This document shows, one piece after another, positions 28,401 through 41,708 of a stretch of DNA of 64,000 nucleotides (positions are counted from its first letter, which is position 1; the number at the start of each line of letters is the position of its first letter). A program made the translations under genes and the position numbers. This DNA comes from Eledone cirrhosa (lineage: Eukaryota). The DNA is taken from the NCBI GenBank assembly GCA_964016885.1, contig OZ024762.1, positions 30,771,187 through 30,835,186 of the forward strand, read 5' to 3'. The notes under the pieces were generated by a model, which was not told where the DNA came from, searched no databases, and saw only the letters and a list, made by a program, of their open reading frames with translations.

Positions 28401-31400
28401 GTTGGTGAGAATTCATTTAAGTTCATGGTATTAGCTGTCAGAAGTAACTCCACTGTTGGTGAAAATTCATTTAAGTTCATGGTACTAGTTGTCAGAAGTA
28501 ACTCCACTGTTGGTGAGAATTCATTTAAGTTCATGGTATTAGTTGTCAGAAGTAACTCCACTGTTGGTGAGAATTCATTAAGTCATGGAATTAGTTGTCA
28601 GAAGTAACTCCAATGTTGGTGAGAATTCATTTAAGTTCATGGTACTAGCTGTCATAAGTAACTCCACTGTTGGTGATAATTCATTTAAGTTCATGGTATT
28701 AGCTGTCAGAAGTAACTCCACTGTTGGTGATAATTCATTTAAGTCATGGTATTAGCTGTCAGAAGTAACTCCATTGTTGGTGAGAATTCATTTAAGTCAT
28801 GGTACTAGCTGTCAGAAGTAACTCCACTGTTGGTGAGAATTCATTGAAGTTCATGGTATTAGCTGTCAGAAGTAACTCCACTGTTGGTGAGAATTCATTT
28901 AAGTTCATGGTACTAGCTGTCAGAAGTAACTCCAATGTTAGTGAGAATTCATTTAAGTTCATGGTATTAGCTGTCAGAAGTAACTCCACTGTTGGTGAGA
29001 ATTCATTTAAGTCATGGTATTAGCTGTCAGAAGTAACTCCAATGTTGGTGAGAATTCATTTAAGTTCATGGTATTAGCTGTCAGAAGTAACTCCACTGTT
29101 GGTGAGCATTCATTTATGTTCATGGTATTAGCTGTCAGAAGTCACTCCACTGTTGGTGAGAATTCATTTATGTTCATGGTACTAGCTGTCAGAAGTAACC
29201 CCAATGTTGGTGAGAATTCATTTAAGTTCATGGTATTAGCTGTCAGAAGTCACTCCAATGTTGGTGAGAATTCATTTAAGTTCATGGTATTAGCTGTCAG
29301 AAGTAACTCCACTGTTGGTGAGAATTCATTTAAGTTCATGGTATTAGTTTGTCAGAAGTAACTCCACTGTTGGTGAGAATTCATTTAAGTCATGGTACTA
29401 GCTGTCAGAAGTAACTCCAATGTTGGTGAGAATTCATTTAAGTCATGGTATTAGTTGTCAGAAGTAACTCCAATGTTGGTGAGAATTCATTTAAGTTCAT
29501 GGTACTAGCTGTCAGAAGTAACTCCATTGTTGGTGAGAATTCATTGAAGTTGATGGTACTAGCTGTCAGAAGTAACTCCACTGTTGGTGAGAATTCATTT
29601 AAGTTCATGGTATTAGTTTGTCAGAAGTAACTCCACTGTTGGTGAGAATTCATTTAAGTCATGGTATTAGTTGTCAGAAGTAACTCCAATGTTGGTGAGA
29701 ATTCATTTAAGTTCATGGTATTAGCTGTCAGAAGGAACTCCACTGTTGGTGAGAATTCATTTAAGTTCATGGTATTAGCTGTCAGAAGGAACTCCAATGT
29801 TGGTGAGAATTCATTTAAGTCATGGTACTAGCTGTCAGAAGTAACTCCACTGTTGGTGAGAATTCATTTAAGTTCATGGTATTAGCTGTCAGAAGGAACG
29901 CCACTGTTGGTGAGAATTCATTTAAGTTCATGGTATTAGCTGTCAGAAGTAACTCCACTGTTGGTGAGAATTCATTTAAGTTCATGGTACTAGCTGTCAG
30001 AAGTAACTCCAATGTTGGTGAGAATTCATTTAAGTTCATGGTATTAGCTGTCAGAAGCAACTCCACTGTTGGTGAGAATTCATTTAAGTTCATGGTATTA
30101 GCTGTCAGAAGTAACTCCACTGTTGTTGAGAATTCATTTAAGTCATGGTATTAGCTGACAGAAGTAACTCCATTGTTGGTGAGAATTCATTTAAGTCATG
30201 GTACTAGCTGTCAGAAGTAACTCCACTGTTGGTTAGAATTCATTTAAGTTCATGGTATTAGTTTGTCAGAAGTAACTCCACTGTTGGTGAGAATTCATTT
30301 AAGTCATGGTATTAGTTGTCAGAAGTAACTCCAATGTTGGTGAGAATTCATTTAAGTTCATGGTACTAGCTGTCAGAAGTAACTCCATTGTTGGTGAGAA
30401 TTCATTGAAGTTCATGGTACTAGCTGTCAGAAGGAACTCCACTGTTGGTGAGAATTCATTTAAGTTCATGGTATTAGCTGTCAGAAGTAACTCCACTGTT
30501 GGTGAGAATTCATTTAAGTTCATGGTACTAGCTGTCAGAAGTAACTCCAATGTTAGTGAGAATTCATTTAAGTTCATGGTATTAGCTGTCAGAAGTAACT
30601 CCACTGTTGGTGAGAATTCATTTAAGTTCATGGTATTAGCTGTCAGAAGTAACTCCACTGTTGGTGAGCATTCATTTATGTTCATGGTATTAGCTGTCAG
30701 AAGTAACTCCACTGTTGGTGAGAATTCATTTAAGTTCATGGTATTAGTTTGTCAGAAGTAACTCCACTGTTGGTGAGAATTCATTTAAGTCATGGTATTA
30801 GTTGTCAGAAGTAACTCCAATGTTGGTGAGAATTCATTTAAGTTCATGGTACTAGCTGTCAGAAGTAACTCCACTGTTGGTGTGAATTCATTTAAGTTCA
30901 TGGTATTAGCTGTCAGAAGTAACTCCACTGTTGGTGAGAATTCATTTAAGTCATGGTATTAGCTGTCAGAAGTAACTCCATTGTTGGTGAGAATTCATTT
31001 AAGTCATTGTACTAGCTGTCAGAAGTAACTCCACTGTTGGTGAGAATTCATTTAAGTTCATGGTACTAGCTGCCAGAAGTAACTCCACTGTTGGTGAGAA
31101 TTCATTTAAGTTCATGGTACTAGCTGTCAGAAGTAACTCCACTGTTTGTGAGAATTCATTTAAGTTCATGGTATTAGCTGTCAGAAGTCACTCCACTGTT
31201 GGTGAGAATTCATTTAAGTTCATGGTATTAGCTGTCAGAAGGAACTCCACTGTTGGTGAGAATTCATTTAAGTTCATGGTACTAGCTGTCAGAAGTAACC
31301 CCAATGTTGGTGAGAATTCATTTAAGTTCATGGTATTAGCTGACAGAAGTCACTCCAATGTTGGTGAGAATTCATTTAAGTTCATGGTATTAGCTGTCAG

Positions 31401-32290
31401 AAGTAACTCCACTGTTGGTGAGAATTCATTTAAGTTCATGGTATTAGCTGTCAGAAGTAACTCCACTGTTGGTGAGAATTCATTTAAGTTCATGGTATTA
31501 GCTGTCAGAAGTAACTCCACTGTTGGTGAGAATTCATTTAAGTTCATGGTATTAGCTGTCAGAAGGAACTCCAATGTTGGTGAGAAATCATTTAAGTCAT
31601 GGTACTAGCTGTCAGAAGTAACTCCACTGTTGGTGAGAATTCATTTAAGTTCATGGTATTAGCTGTCAGAAGGAACGCCACTGTTGGTGAGAATTCATTT
31701 AAGTTCATGGTATTAGCTGTCAGAAGTAACTCCACTGTTGGTGAGAATTCATTTAAGTTCATGGTACTAGCTGTCAGAAGTAACTCCAATGTTGGTGAGA
31801 ATTCATTTAAGTTCATGGTATTAGCTGTCAGAAGGAACTCCACTGTTGGTGAGAATTCATTTAAGTTCATGGTATTAGCTGTCAGAAGTAACTCCACTGT
31901 TGGTGAAAATTCATTTAAGTTCATGGTACTAGTTGTCAGAAGTAACTCCACTGTTGGTGAGAATTCATTTAAGTTCATGGTATTAGTTGTCAGAAGTAAC
32001 TCCACTGTTGGTGAGAATTCATTAAGTCATGGAATTAGTTGTCAGAAGTAACTCCAATGTTGGTGAGAATTCATTTAAGTTCATGGTACTAGCTGTCATA
32101 AGTAACTCCACTGTTGGTGAGAATTCATTTAAGTTCATGGTACTAGCTGTCAGAAGTAACTCCACTGTTGGTGATAATTCATTTAAGTCATGGTATTAGC
32201 TGTCAGAAGTAACTCCATTGTTGGTGAGAATTCATTTAAGTCATGGTACTAGCTGTCAGAAGTAACTCCACTGTTGGTGAGAATTCATTT
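25460..32290 (+). repeat. Tandem duplication, period 3444 bp (~64 monomers)
   Basis: The private marker AAGTCATTGTAC has its CATTG at 27561 and 31005. ORF pairs 26001/29445, 26378/29822, 26862/30306, 27616/31060 and 28155/31599 are all offset by 3444. Confidence 0.93.
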
Positions 32291-34390
32291 AAGTTCATGG
32301 TATTAGCTGTCAGAAGGAACTCCACTGTTGGTGAGAATTCATTTAAGTTCATGGTACTAGCTGTCAGAAGTAACTCCACTGTTGGTGAGAATTCATTTAA
32401 GTTCATGGTATTAGTTTGTCAGAAGTAACTCCACAGTTGGTGAGAATTCATTTAAGTCATGGTATTAGTTGTCAGAAGTAACTCCAATGTTGGTGAGAAT
32501 TCATTTAAGTTCATGGTATTAGCTGTCAGAAGGAACTCCAATGTTGGTGAGAAATCATTTAAGTCATGGTACTAGCTGTCAGAAGTAACTTCACTGTTGG
32601 TGAGAATTCATTTAAGTTCATGGTATTAGCTGTCAGAAGGAACGCCACTGTTGGTGAGAATTCATTTAAGTTCATGGTATTAGCTGTCAGAAGTAACTCC
32701 ACTGTTGGTGAGAATTCATTTAAGTTCATGGTACTAGCTGTCAGAAGTAACTCCAATGTTGGTGAGAATTCATTTAAGTTCATGGTATTAGCTGTCAGAA
32801 GGAACTCCACTGTTGGTGAGAATTCATTTAAGTTCATGGTATTAGCTGTCAGAAGTAACTCCACTGTTGGTGAAAATTCATTTAAGTTCATGGTATTAGT
32901 TGTCAGAAGTAACTCCACTGTTGGTGAGAATTCATTAAGTCATGGAATTAGTTGTCAGAAGTAACTCCAATGTTGGTGAGAATTCATTTAAGTTCATGGT
33001 ACTAGCTGTCATAAGTAACTCCACTGTTGGTGAGAATTCATTTAAGTTCATGGTACTAGCTGTCAGAAGTAACTCCACTGTTGGTGATAATTCATTTAAG
33101 TCATGGTATTAGCTGTCAGAAGTAACTCCATTGTTGGTGAGAATTCATTTAAGTCATGGTACTAGCTGTCAGAAGTAACTCCACTGTTGGTGAGAATTCA
33201 TTTAAGTTCATGGTATTAGCTGTCAGAAGGAACTCCACTGTTGGTGAGAATTCATTTAAGTTCATGGTACTAGCTGTCAGAAGTAACTCCACTGTTGGTG
33301 AGAATTCATTTAAGTTCATGGTATTAGTTTGTCAGAAGTAACTCCACAGTTGGTGAGAATTCATTTAAGTCATGGTATTAGTTGTCAGAAGTAACTCCAA
33401 TGTTGGTGAGAATTCATTTAAGTTCATGGTATTAGCTGTCAGAAGGAACTCCAATGTTGGTGAGAAATCATTTAAGTCATGGTACTAGCTGTCAGAAGTA
33501 ACTTCACTGTTGGTGAGAATTCATTTAAGTTCATGGTATTAGCTGTCAGAAGGAACGCCACTGTTGGTGAGAATTCATTTAAGTTCATGGTATTAGCTGT
33601 CAGAAGTAACTCCACTGTTGGTGAGAATTCATTTAAGTTCATGGTACTAGCTGTCAGAAGTAACTCCAATGTTGGTGAGAATTCATTTAAGTTCATGGTA
33701 TTAGCTGTCAGAAGGAACTCCACTGTTGGTGAGAATTCATTTAAGTTCATGGTATTAGCTGTCAGAAGTAACTCCACTGTTGGTGAAAATTCATTTAAGT
33801 TCATGGTACTAGTTGTCAGAAGTAACTCCACTGTTGGTGAGAATTCATTTAAGTTCATGGTATTAGTTGTCAGAAGTAACTCCACTGTTGCTGAGAATTC
33901 ATTAAGTCATGGTATTAGTTGTCAGAAGTAACTCCAATGTTGGTGAGAATTCATTTAAGTTCATTGTACTAGCTGTCAGAAGTAACTCCACTGTTGGTGA
34001 GAATTCATTTAAGTTCATGGTATTAGCTGTCAGAAGTAACTCCACTGTTGGTGATAATTCATTTAAGTCATGGTATTAGCTGTCAGAAGTAACTCCATTG
34101 TTGCTGAGAATTCATTTAAGTCATGGTACTAGCTGTCAGAAGTAACTCCACTGTTGGTGAGAATTCATTTAAGTTCATGGTATTAGCTGTCAGAAGGAAC
34201 TCCACTGTTGGTGAGAATTCATTTAAGTTCATGGTACTAGCTGTCAGAAGTAACTCCACTGTTGGTGAGAATTCATTTAAGTTCATGGTATTAGTTTGTC
34301 AGAAGTAACTCCACTGTTGGTGAGAATTCATTTAAGTCATGGTATTAGTTGTCAGAAGTAACTCCAATGTTGGTGAGAAGTCATTTAAGT
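31599..34390 (+). repeat. Sub-HOR of 967/913 bp, three copies
   Basis: Unit starts at 31599, 32566 and 33479 (spacings 967, 913). The middle copy lacks the GTACTAGTTG monomer. 33156/34123 are offset by 967. Confidence 0.85.
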
Positions 34391-36859
34391 CATGGTACTA
34401 GCTGTCAGAAGTAACTCCAATGTTGGTGAGAATTCATTTAAGTTCATGGTATTAGCTGTCAGAAGGAACTCCACTGTTGGTGAGAATTCATTTAAGTTCA
34501 TGGTATTAGCTGTCAGAAGTAACTCCACTGTTTGTGAGAATTCATTTAAGTTCATGGTACTAGCTGTCAGAAGTAACTCCAATGTTGGTGAGAATTCATT
34601 TAAGTTCATGGTATTAGCTGTCAGAAGGAACTCCACTGTTGGTGAGAATTCATTTAAGTTCATGGTATTAGCTGTCAGAAGTAACTCCACTGTTGGTGAA
34701 AATTCATTTAAGTTCATGGTACTAGTTGTCAGAAGTAACTCCACTGTTAGTGAGAATTCATTTAAGTTCATGGTATTAGTTGTCAGAAGTAACTCCACTG
34801 TTGGTGAGAATTCATTAAGTCATGGTATTAGTTGTCAGAAGTAAGTCCAATGTTGGTGAGAATTCATTTAATTCATGGTACTAGCTGTCAGAAGTAACTC
34901 CAATGTTGGTGAGAATTCATTTAAGTTCATGGTATTAGCTGTCAGAAGGAACTCCACTGTTGGTGAGAATTCATTTAAGTTCATGGTATTAGCTGTCAGA
35001 AGTAACTCCACTGTTGGTGAGAATTCATTTAAGTTCATGGTACTAGCTGTCAGAAGTAACTCCAATGTTGGTGAGAATTCATTTAAGTTCATGGTATTAG
35101 CTGTCAGAAGTAACTCCACTGTTGGTGAGAATTCATTTAAGTCATGGTATTAGCTGTCAGAAGTAACTCCAATGTTGGTGAGAATTCATTTAAGTTCATG
35201 GTATTAGTTGTCAGAAGTAACTCCACTGTTGGTGAGAATTCATTTAAGTTCATGGTATTAGCTGTCAGAAGTAACTCCACTGTTGGTGAGAATTCATTTA
35301 AGTTCATGGTACTAGCTGTCAGAAGTAACTCCACTGTTGGTGAGAATTCATTTAAGTTCATGGTATTAGCTGTCAGAAGTAACTCCACTGTTGGTGAAAA
35401 TTCATTTAAGTTCATGGTACTAGTTGTCAGAAGTAACTCCACTGTTGGTGAGAATTCATTTAAGTTCATGGTATTAGTTGTCAGAAGTAACTCCACTGTT
35501 GCTGAGAATTCATTAAGTCATGGTATTAGTTGTCAGAAGTAACTCCAATGTTGGTGAGAATTCATTTAAGTTCATTGTACTAGCTGTCAGAAGTAACTCC
35601 ACTGTTGGTGAGAATTCATTTAAGTTCATGGTATTAGCTGTCAGAAGTAACTCCACTGTTGGTGATAATTCATTTAAGTCATGGTATTAGCTGTCAGAAG
35701 TAACTCCATTGTTGGTGAGAATTCATTTAAGTCATGGTACTAGCTGTCAGAAGTAACTCCACTGTTGGTGAGAATTCATTTAAGTTCATGGTATTAGCTG
35801 TCAGAAGGAACTCCACTGTTGGTGAGAATTCATTTAAGTTCATGGTACTAGCTGTCAGAAGTAACTCCACTGTTGGTGAGAATTCATTTAAGTTCATGGT
35901 ATTAGTTTGTCAGAAGTAACTCCACTGTTGGTGAGAATTCATTTAAGTCATGGTATTAGTTGTCAGAAGTAACTCCAATGTTGGTGAGAAGTCATTTAAG
36001 TCATGGTACTAGCTGTCAGAAGTAACTCCAATGTTGGTGAGAATTCATTTAAGTTCATGGTATTAGCTATCAGAAGGAACTCCACTGTTGGTGAGAATTC
36101 ATTTAAGTTCATGTTATTAGCTGTCAGAAGTAACTCCACTGTTTGTGAGAATTCATTTAAGTTCATGGTACTAGCTGTCAGAAGTAACTCCACTGTTGGT
36201 GAGAATTCATTTAAGTTCATGGTATTAGCTGTCAGAAGTCACTCCACTGTTGGTGAAAATTCATTTAAGTTCATGGTATTAGCTGTCAGAAGTCACTCCA
36301 CTGTTGGTGAGAATTCATTTAAGTTCATGGTACTAGCTGTCAGAAGTAACCCCAATGTTGGTGAGAATTCATTTAAGTTCATGGTATTAGCTGTCAGAAG
36401 TCACTCCAATGTTGGTGAGAATTCATTTAAGTTCATGGTATTAGCTGTCAGAAGTAACTCCACTGTTGGTGAGAATTCATTTAAGTTCATGGTATTAGCT
36501 GTCAGAAGTCACTCCAATGTTGGTGAGAATTCATTTAAGTTCATGGTATTAGCTGTCAGAAGTAACTCCACTGTTGGTGAGAATTCATTTAAGTTCATGG
36601 TATTAGCTGTCAGAAGTAACTCAACTGTTGGTGAGAATTCATTTAAGTTCATGGTATTAGCTGTCAGAAGTAACTCCACTGTTGGTGAGAATTCATTTAA
36701 GTTCATGGTATTAGCTGTCAGAAGGAACTCCAATGTTGGTGAGAAATCATTTAAGTCATGGTACTAGCTGTCAGAAGTAACTCCACTGTTGGTGAGAATT
36801 CATTTAAGTTCATGGTATTAGCTGTCAGAAGGAACGCCACTGTTGGTGAGAATTCATTT

Positions 36860-39550
36860 AAGTTCATGGTATTAGCTGTCAGAAGTAACTCCACTGTTGG
36901 TGAGAATTCATTTAAGTTCATGGTACTAGCTGTCAGAAGTAACTCCAATGTTGGTGAGAATTCATTTAAGTTCATGGTATTAGCTGTCAGAAGGAACTCC
37001 ACTGTTGGTGAGAATTCATTTAAGTTCATGGTATTAGCTGTCAGAAGTAACTCCACTGTTGGTGAAAATTCATTTAAGTTCATGGTACTAGTTGTCAGAA
37101 GTAACTCCACTGTTGGTGAGAATTCATTTAAGTTCATGGTATTAGTTGTCAGAAGTAACTCCACTGTTGGTGAGAATTCATTAAGTCATGGTATTAGTTG
37201 TCAGAAGTAACTCCAATGTTGGTGAGAATTCATTTAAGTTCATGGTACTAGCTGTCAGAAGTAACTCCACAGTTGGTGAGAATTAATTTAATTTCATGGT
37301 ATTAGCTGTCAGAAGTAACTCCACTGTTGGTGAGAATTCATTTAAGTCATGGTATTAGCTGTCAGAAGTAACTCCATTGTTGGTGAGAATTCATTTAAGT
37401 CATGGTACTAGCTGTCAGAAGTAACTCCACTGTTGGTGAGAATTCCTTTAAGTTCATGGTATTAGCTGTCAGAAGGAACTCCACTGTTGGTGAGAATTCA
37501 TTTAAGTTCATGGTACTAGCTGTCAGAAGTAACTCCACTGTTGGTGAGAATTCATTTAAGTTCATGGTATTAGTTTGTCAGAAGTAACTCCACTGTTGGT
37601 GAGAATTCATTTAAGTCATGGTATTAGTTGTCAGAAGTAAGTCCAATGTTGGTGAGAATTCATTTAAGTCATGGTACTAGCTGTCAGAAGTAACTCCAAT
37701 GTTGGTGAGAATTCATTTAAGTTCATGGTATTAGCTGTCAGAAGGAACTCCACTGTTGGTGAGAATTCATTTAAGTTCATGGTATTAGCTGTCAGAAGTA
37801 ACTCCACTGTTGGTGAGAATTCATTTAAGTTCATGGTACTAGCTGTCAGAAGTAACTCCAATGTTGGTGAGAATTCATTTAAGTTCATGGTATTAGCTGT
37901 CAGAAGTAACTCCACTGTTGGTGAGAATTCATTTAAGTCATGGTATTAGCTGTCAGAAGTAACTCCAATGTTGGTGAGAATTCATTTAAGTTCATGGTAT
38001 TAGTTGTCAGAAGTAACTCCACTGTTGGTGAGAATTCATTTAAGTTCATGGTATTAGCTGTCAGAAGTAACTCCACTGTTGGTGAGAATTCATTTAAGTT
38101 CATGGTACTAGCTGTCAGAAGTAACTCCACTGTTGGTGAGAATTCATTTAAGTTCATGGTATTAGCTGTCAGAAGTAACACCACTGTTGGTGAGAATTCA
38201 TATAAGTTCATGGTACTAGCTGTCAGAAGTAACTCCACTGTTGGTGAGAATTCATTTAAGTTCATGGTACTAGCTGTCAGAAGTAACTCCAATGTTGGTG
38301 AGAATTCATTTAAGTTCATGGTATTAGCTGTCAGAAGGAACTCCACTGTTGGTGAGAATTCATTTAAGTTCATGGTATTAGCTGTCAGAAGTAACTCCAC
38401 TGTTGGTGAAAATTCATTTAAGTTCATGGTACTAGTTGTCAGAAGTAACTCCACTGTTGGTGAGAATTCATTTAAGTTCATGGTATTAGTTGTCAGAAGT
38501 AACTCCACTGTTGGTGAGAATTCATTAAGTCATGGTATTAGTTGTCAGAAGTAACTCCAATGTTGGTGAGAATTCATTTAAGTTCATGGTACTAGCTGTC
38601 AGAAGTAACTCCACAGTTGGTGAGAATTCATTTAAGTTCATGGTATTAGCTGTCAGAAGTAACTCCACTGTTGGTGAGAATTCATTTAAGTCATGGTATT
38701 AGCTGTCAGAAGTAACTCCATTGTTGGTGAGAATTCATTTAAGTCATGGTACTAGCTGTCAGAAGTAACTCCACTGTTGGTGAGAATTCATTTAAGTTAA
38801 TGGTATTAGCTGTCAGAAGGAACTCCACTGTTGGTGAGAATTCATTTAAGTTCATGGTACTAGCTGTCAGAAGTAACTCCACTGTTGGTGAGAATTCATT
38901 TAAGTTCATGGTATTAGTTTGTCAGAAGTAACTCCACTGTTGGTGAGAATTCATTTAAGTCATGGTATTAGTTGTCAGAAGTAAGTCCAATGTTGGTGAG
39001 AATTCATTTAAGTCATGGTACTAGCTGTCAGAAGTAACTCCAATGTTGGTGAGAATTCATTTAAGTTCATGGTATTAGCTGTCAGAAGGAACTCCACTGT
39101 TGGTGAGAATTCATTTAAGTTCATGGTATTAGCTGTCAGAAGTAACTCCACTGTTGGTGAGAATTCATTTAAGTTCATGGTACTAGCTGTCAGAAGTAAC
39201 TCCAATGTTGGTGAGAATTCATTTAAGTTCATGGTATTAGCTGTCAGAAGTAACTCCACTGTTGGTGAGAATTCATTTAAGTCATGGTATTAGCTGTCAG
39301 AAGTAACTCCAATGTTGGTAAGAATTCATTTAAGTTCATGGTATTAGTTGTCAGAAGTAACTCCACTGTTGGTGAGAATTCATTTAAGTTCATGGTATTA
39401 GCTGTCAGAAGTAACTCCACTGTTGGTGAGAATTCATTTAAGTTCATGGTATTAGCTGTCAGAAGTAACACCACTGTTGGTGAGAATTCATATAAGTTCA
39501 TGGTACTAGCTGTCAGAAGTAACTCCACTGTTGGTGAGAATTCATTTAAG
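36860..39550 (+). repeat. Tandem duplication, period 1344 bp (~25 monomers)
   Basis: ORF pairs 37402/38746, 37671/39015 and 37940/39284 are offset by 1344. They share the GTAAGTCC, CCACAGTT and AACACC...CATATAAG markers. Confidence 0.85.
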
Positions 39551-41708
39551 TTCATGGTATTAGTTTGTCAGAAGTAACTCCACTGTTGGTGAGAATTCAT
39601 TTAAGTCATGGTATTAGTTGTCAGAAGTAACTCCAATATTGGTGAGAATTCATTTAAGTTCATGGTATTAGCTGTCAGAAGTAACTCCACTGTTGGTGAG
39701 AATTCATTTAAGTTCATGGTACTAGCTGTCAGAAGTAACTCCACTGTTGGTGAGAATTCATTTAAGTTCATGGTACTAGCTGTCAGAAGTCACTCCAATG
39801 TTGGTGAGAATTCATTTAAGTTCATGGTATTAGCTGTCAGAAGGAACTCCACTGTTGGTGAGAATTCATTTAAGTTCATGGTATTAGCTGTCAGAAGTAA
39901 CTCCACTGTTGGTGAGAATTCATTTAAGTTCATGGTACTAGCTGTCAGAAGTAACTCCAATGTTGGTGAGAATTCATTTAAGTTCATGGTATTAGCTGTC
40001 AGAAGTAACTCCACTGTTGGTGAGAATTCATTTAAGTCATGGTATTAGCTGTCAGAAGTAACTCCAATGTTGGTGAGAATTCATTTAAGTTCATGGTATT
40101 AGTTGTCAGAAGTAACTCCACTGTTGGTGAGAATTCATTTAAGTTCATGGTACTAGCTGTCAGAAGTAACTCCACTGTTGGTGAGAATTCATTTAAGTTC
40201 ATGGTATTAGTTTGTCAGAAGGAACTCCACTGTTGGTGAGAATTCATTTAAGTTCATGGTATTAGCTGTCAGAAGTAACTCCACTGTTGGTGAGAATTCA
40301 TTTAAGTTCATGGTATTAGCTGTCAGAAGTAACTCCACTGTTGGTGAGAATTCATTTAAGTTCATGGTACTAGCTGTCAGAAGTAACTCCACTGTTGGTG
40401 AGAATTCATTTAAGTTCATGGTATTAGCTGTCAGAAGTAACTCCACTGTTGGTGAGAATTCATTTAAGTCATGGTATTAGCTGTCAGAAGTAACTCCATT
40501 GTTGGTGAGAATTCATTTAAGTCATGGTACTAGCTGTCAGAAGTAACTCCACTGTTGGTGAGAATTCATTTAAGTTCATGGTACTAGCTGTCAGAAGTAA
40601 CTCCACTGTTGGTGAGAATTCATTTAAGTTCATGGTACTAGCTGTCAGAAGTAACTCCACTGTTGGTGAGAATTCATTTAAGTTCATGGTACTAGCTGTC
40701 AGAAGTAACTCAACTGTTGGTGAGAATTCATTTAAGTTCATGGTACTAGCTGTCAGAAGTAACCCCAATGTTGGTGAGAATTCATTTAAGTTCATGGTAT
40801 TAGCTGTCAGAAGTCACTCCACTGTTGGTGAGAATTCATTTAAGTTCATGGTATTAGCTGTCAGAAGTAACTCCACTGTTGGTGAGAATTCATTTAATTC
40901 ATGGTATTAGCTGTCAGAAGTAACTCCACTGTTGGTGAGAATTCATTTAAGTTCATGGTATTAGCTGTCAGAAGTAACTCCACTGTTGGTGAGAATTCAT
41001 TTAAGTTCATGGTACTAGCTGTCAGAAGTAACTCCACTGTTGGTGAGAATTCATTTAAGTTCATGGTATTAGCTGTCAGAAGTAACTCCACTGTTGGTGA
41101 GAATTCATTTAAGTCATGGTACTAGCTGTCAGAAGTAACTCCACTGTTGGTGAGAATTCATATAAGTTCATGGTATTAGCTGTCAGAAGGAACTCCACTG
41201 TTGGTGAGAATTCATTTAAGTTCATGGTATTAGCTGTCAGAAGTAACTCCAATGTTGGTGAGAATTCATTTAAGTTCATGGTATTAGCTGTCAGAAGTAA
41301 CTCCACTGTTGGTGAGAATCCATTTAAGTTCATGGTATTAGCTGTCAGAAGTAACTCCACTGTTGGTGAGAATTCATTTAAGTTCATGGTACTAGCTGTC
41401 AGAAGTAACTCCACTGTTGGTGAGAATTCATTTAAGTTCATGGTACTAGCTGTCAGAAGTAACTCCACTGTTGGTGAGAATTCCTTTAAGTTCATGGTAT
41501 TAGCTGTCAGAAGGAACTCCACTGTTGGTGAGAATTCATTTAAGTTCATGGTACTAGCTGTCAGAAGTAACTCCACTGTTGGTGAGAATTCATTTAAGTT
41601 CATGGTATTAGTTTGTCAGAAGTAACTCCACTGTTGGTGAGAATTCATTTAAGTCATGGTATTAGTTGTCAGAAGTAAGTCCAATGTTGGTGAGAATTCA
41701 TTTAAGTC

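Larger units (their letters stand above)
12389..33930 (+). repeat. Large higher-order repeat, base period ~5649 bp (~105 monomers), three copies starting near 12389, 18791 and 24440, each with internal indels or duplications
   Basis: Offset 5649 holds for 18038/23687, 18468/24117, 19437/25086, 19760/25409 and 19975/25624. Offsets between copies 1 and 2 step 6402, 6617, 6562, 5649, explained by +54, +161, -55 and -913 bp events. Shared rare markers include GCTGAC, GGTGTGAATT, GGAATTAG, AACTTCAC and AAGCAAC. Confidence 0.88.
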
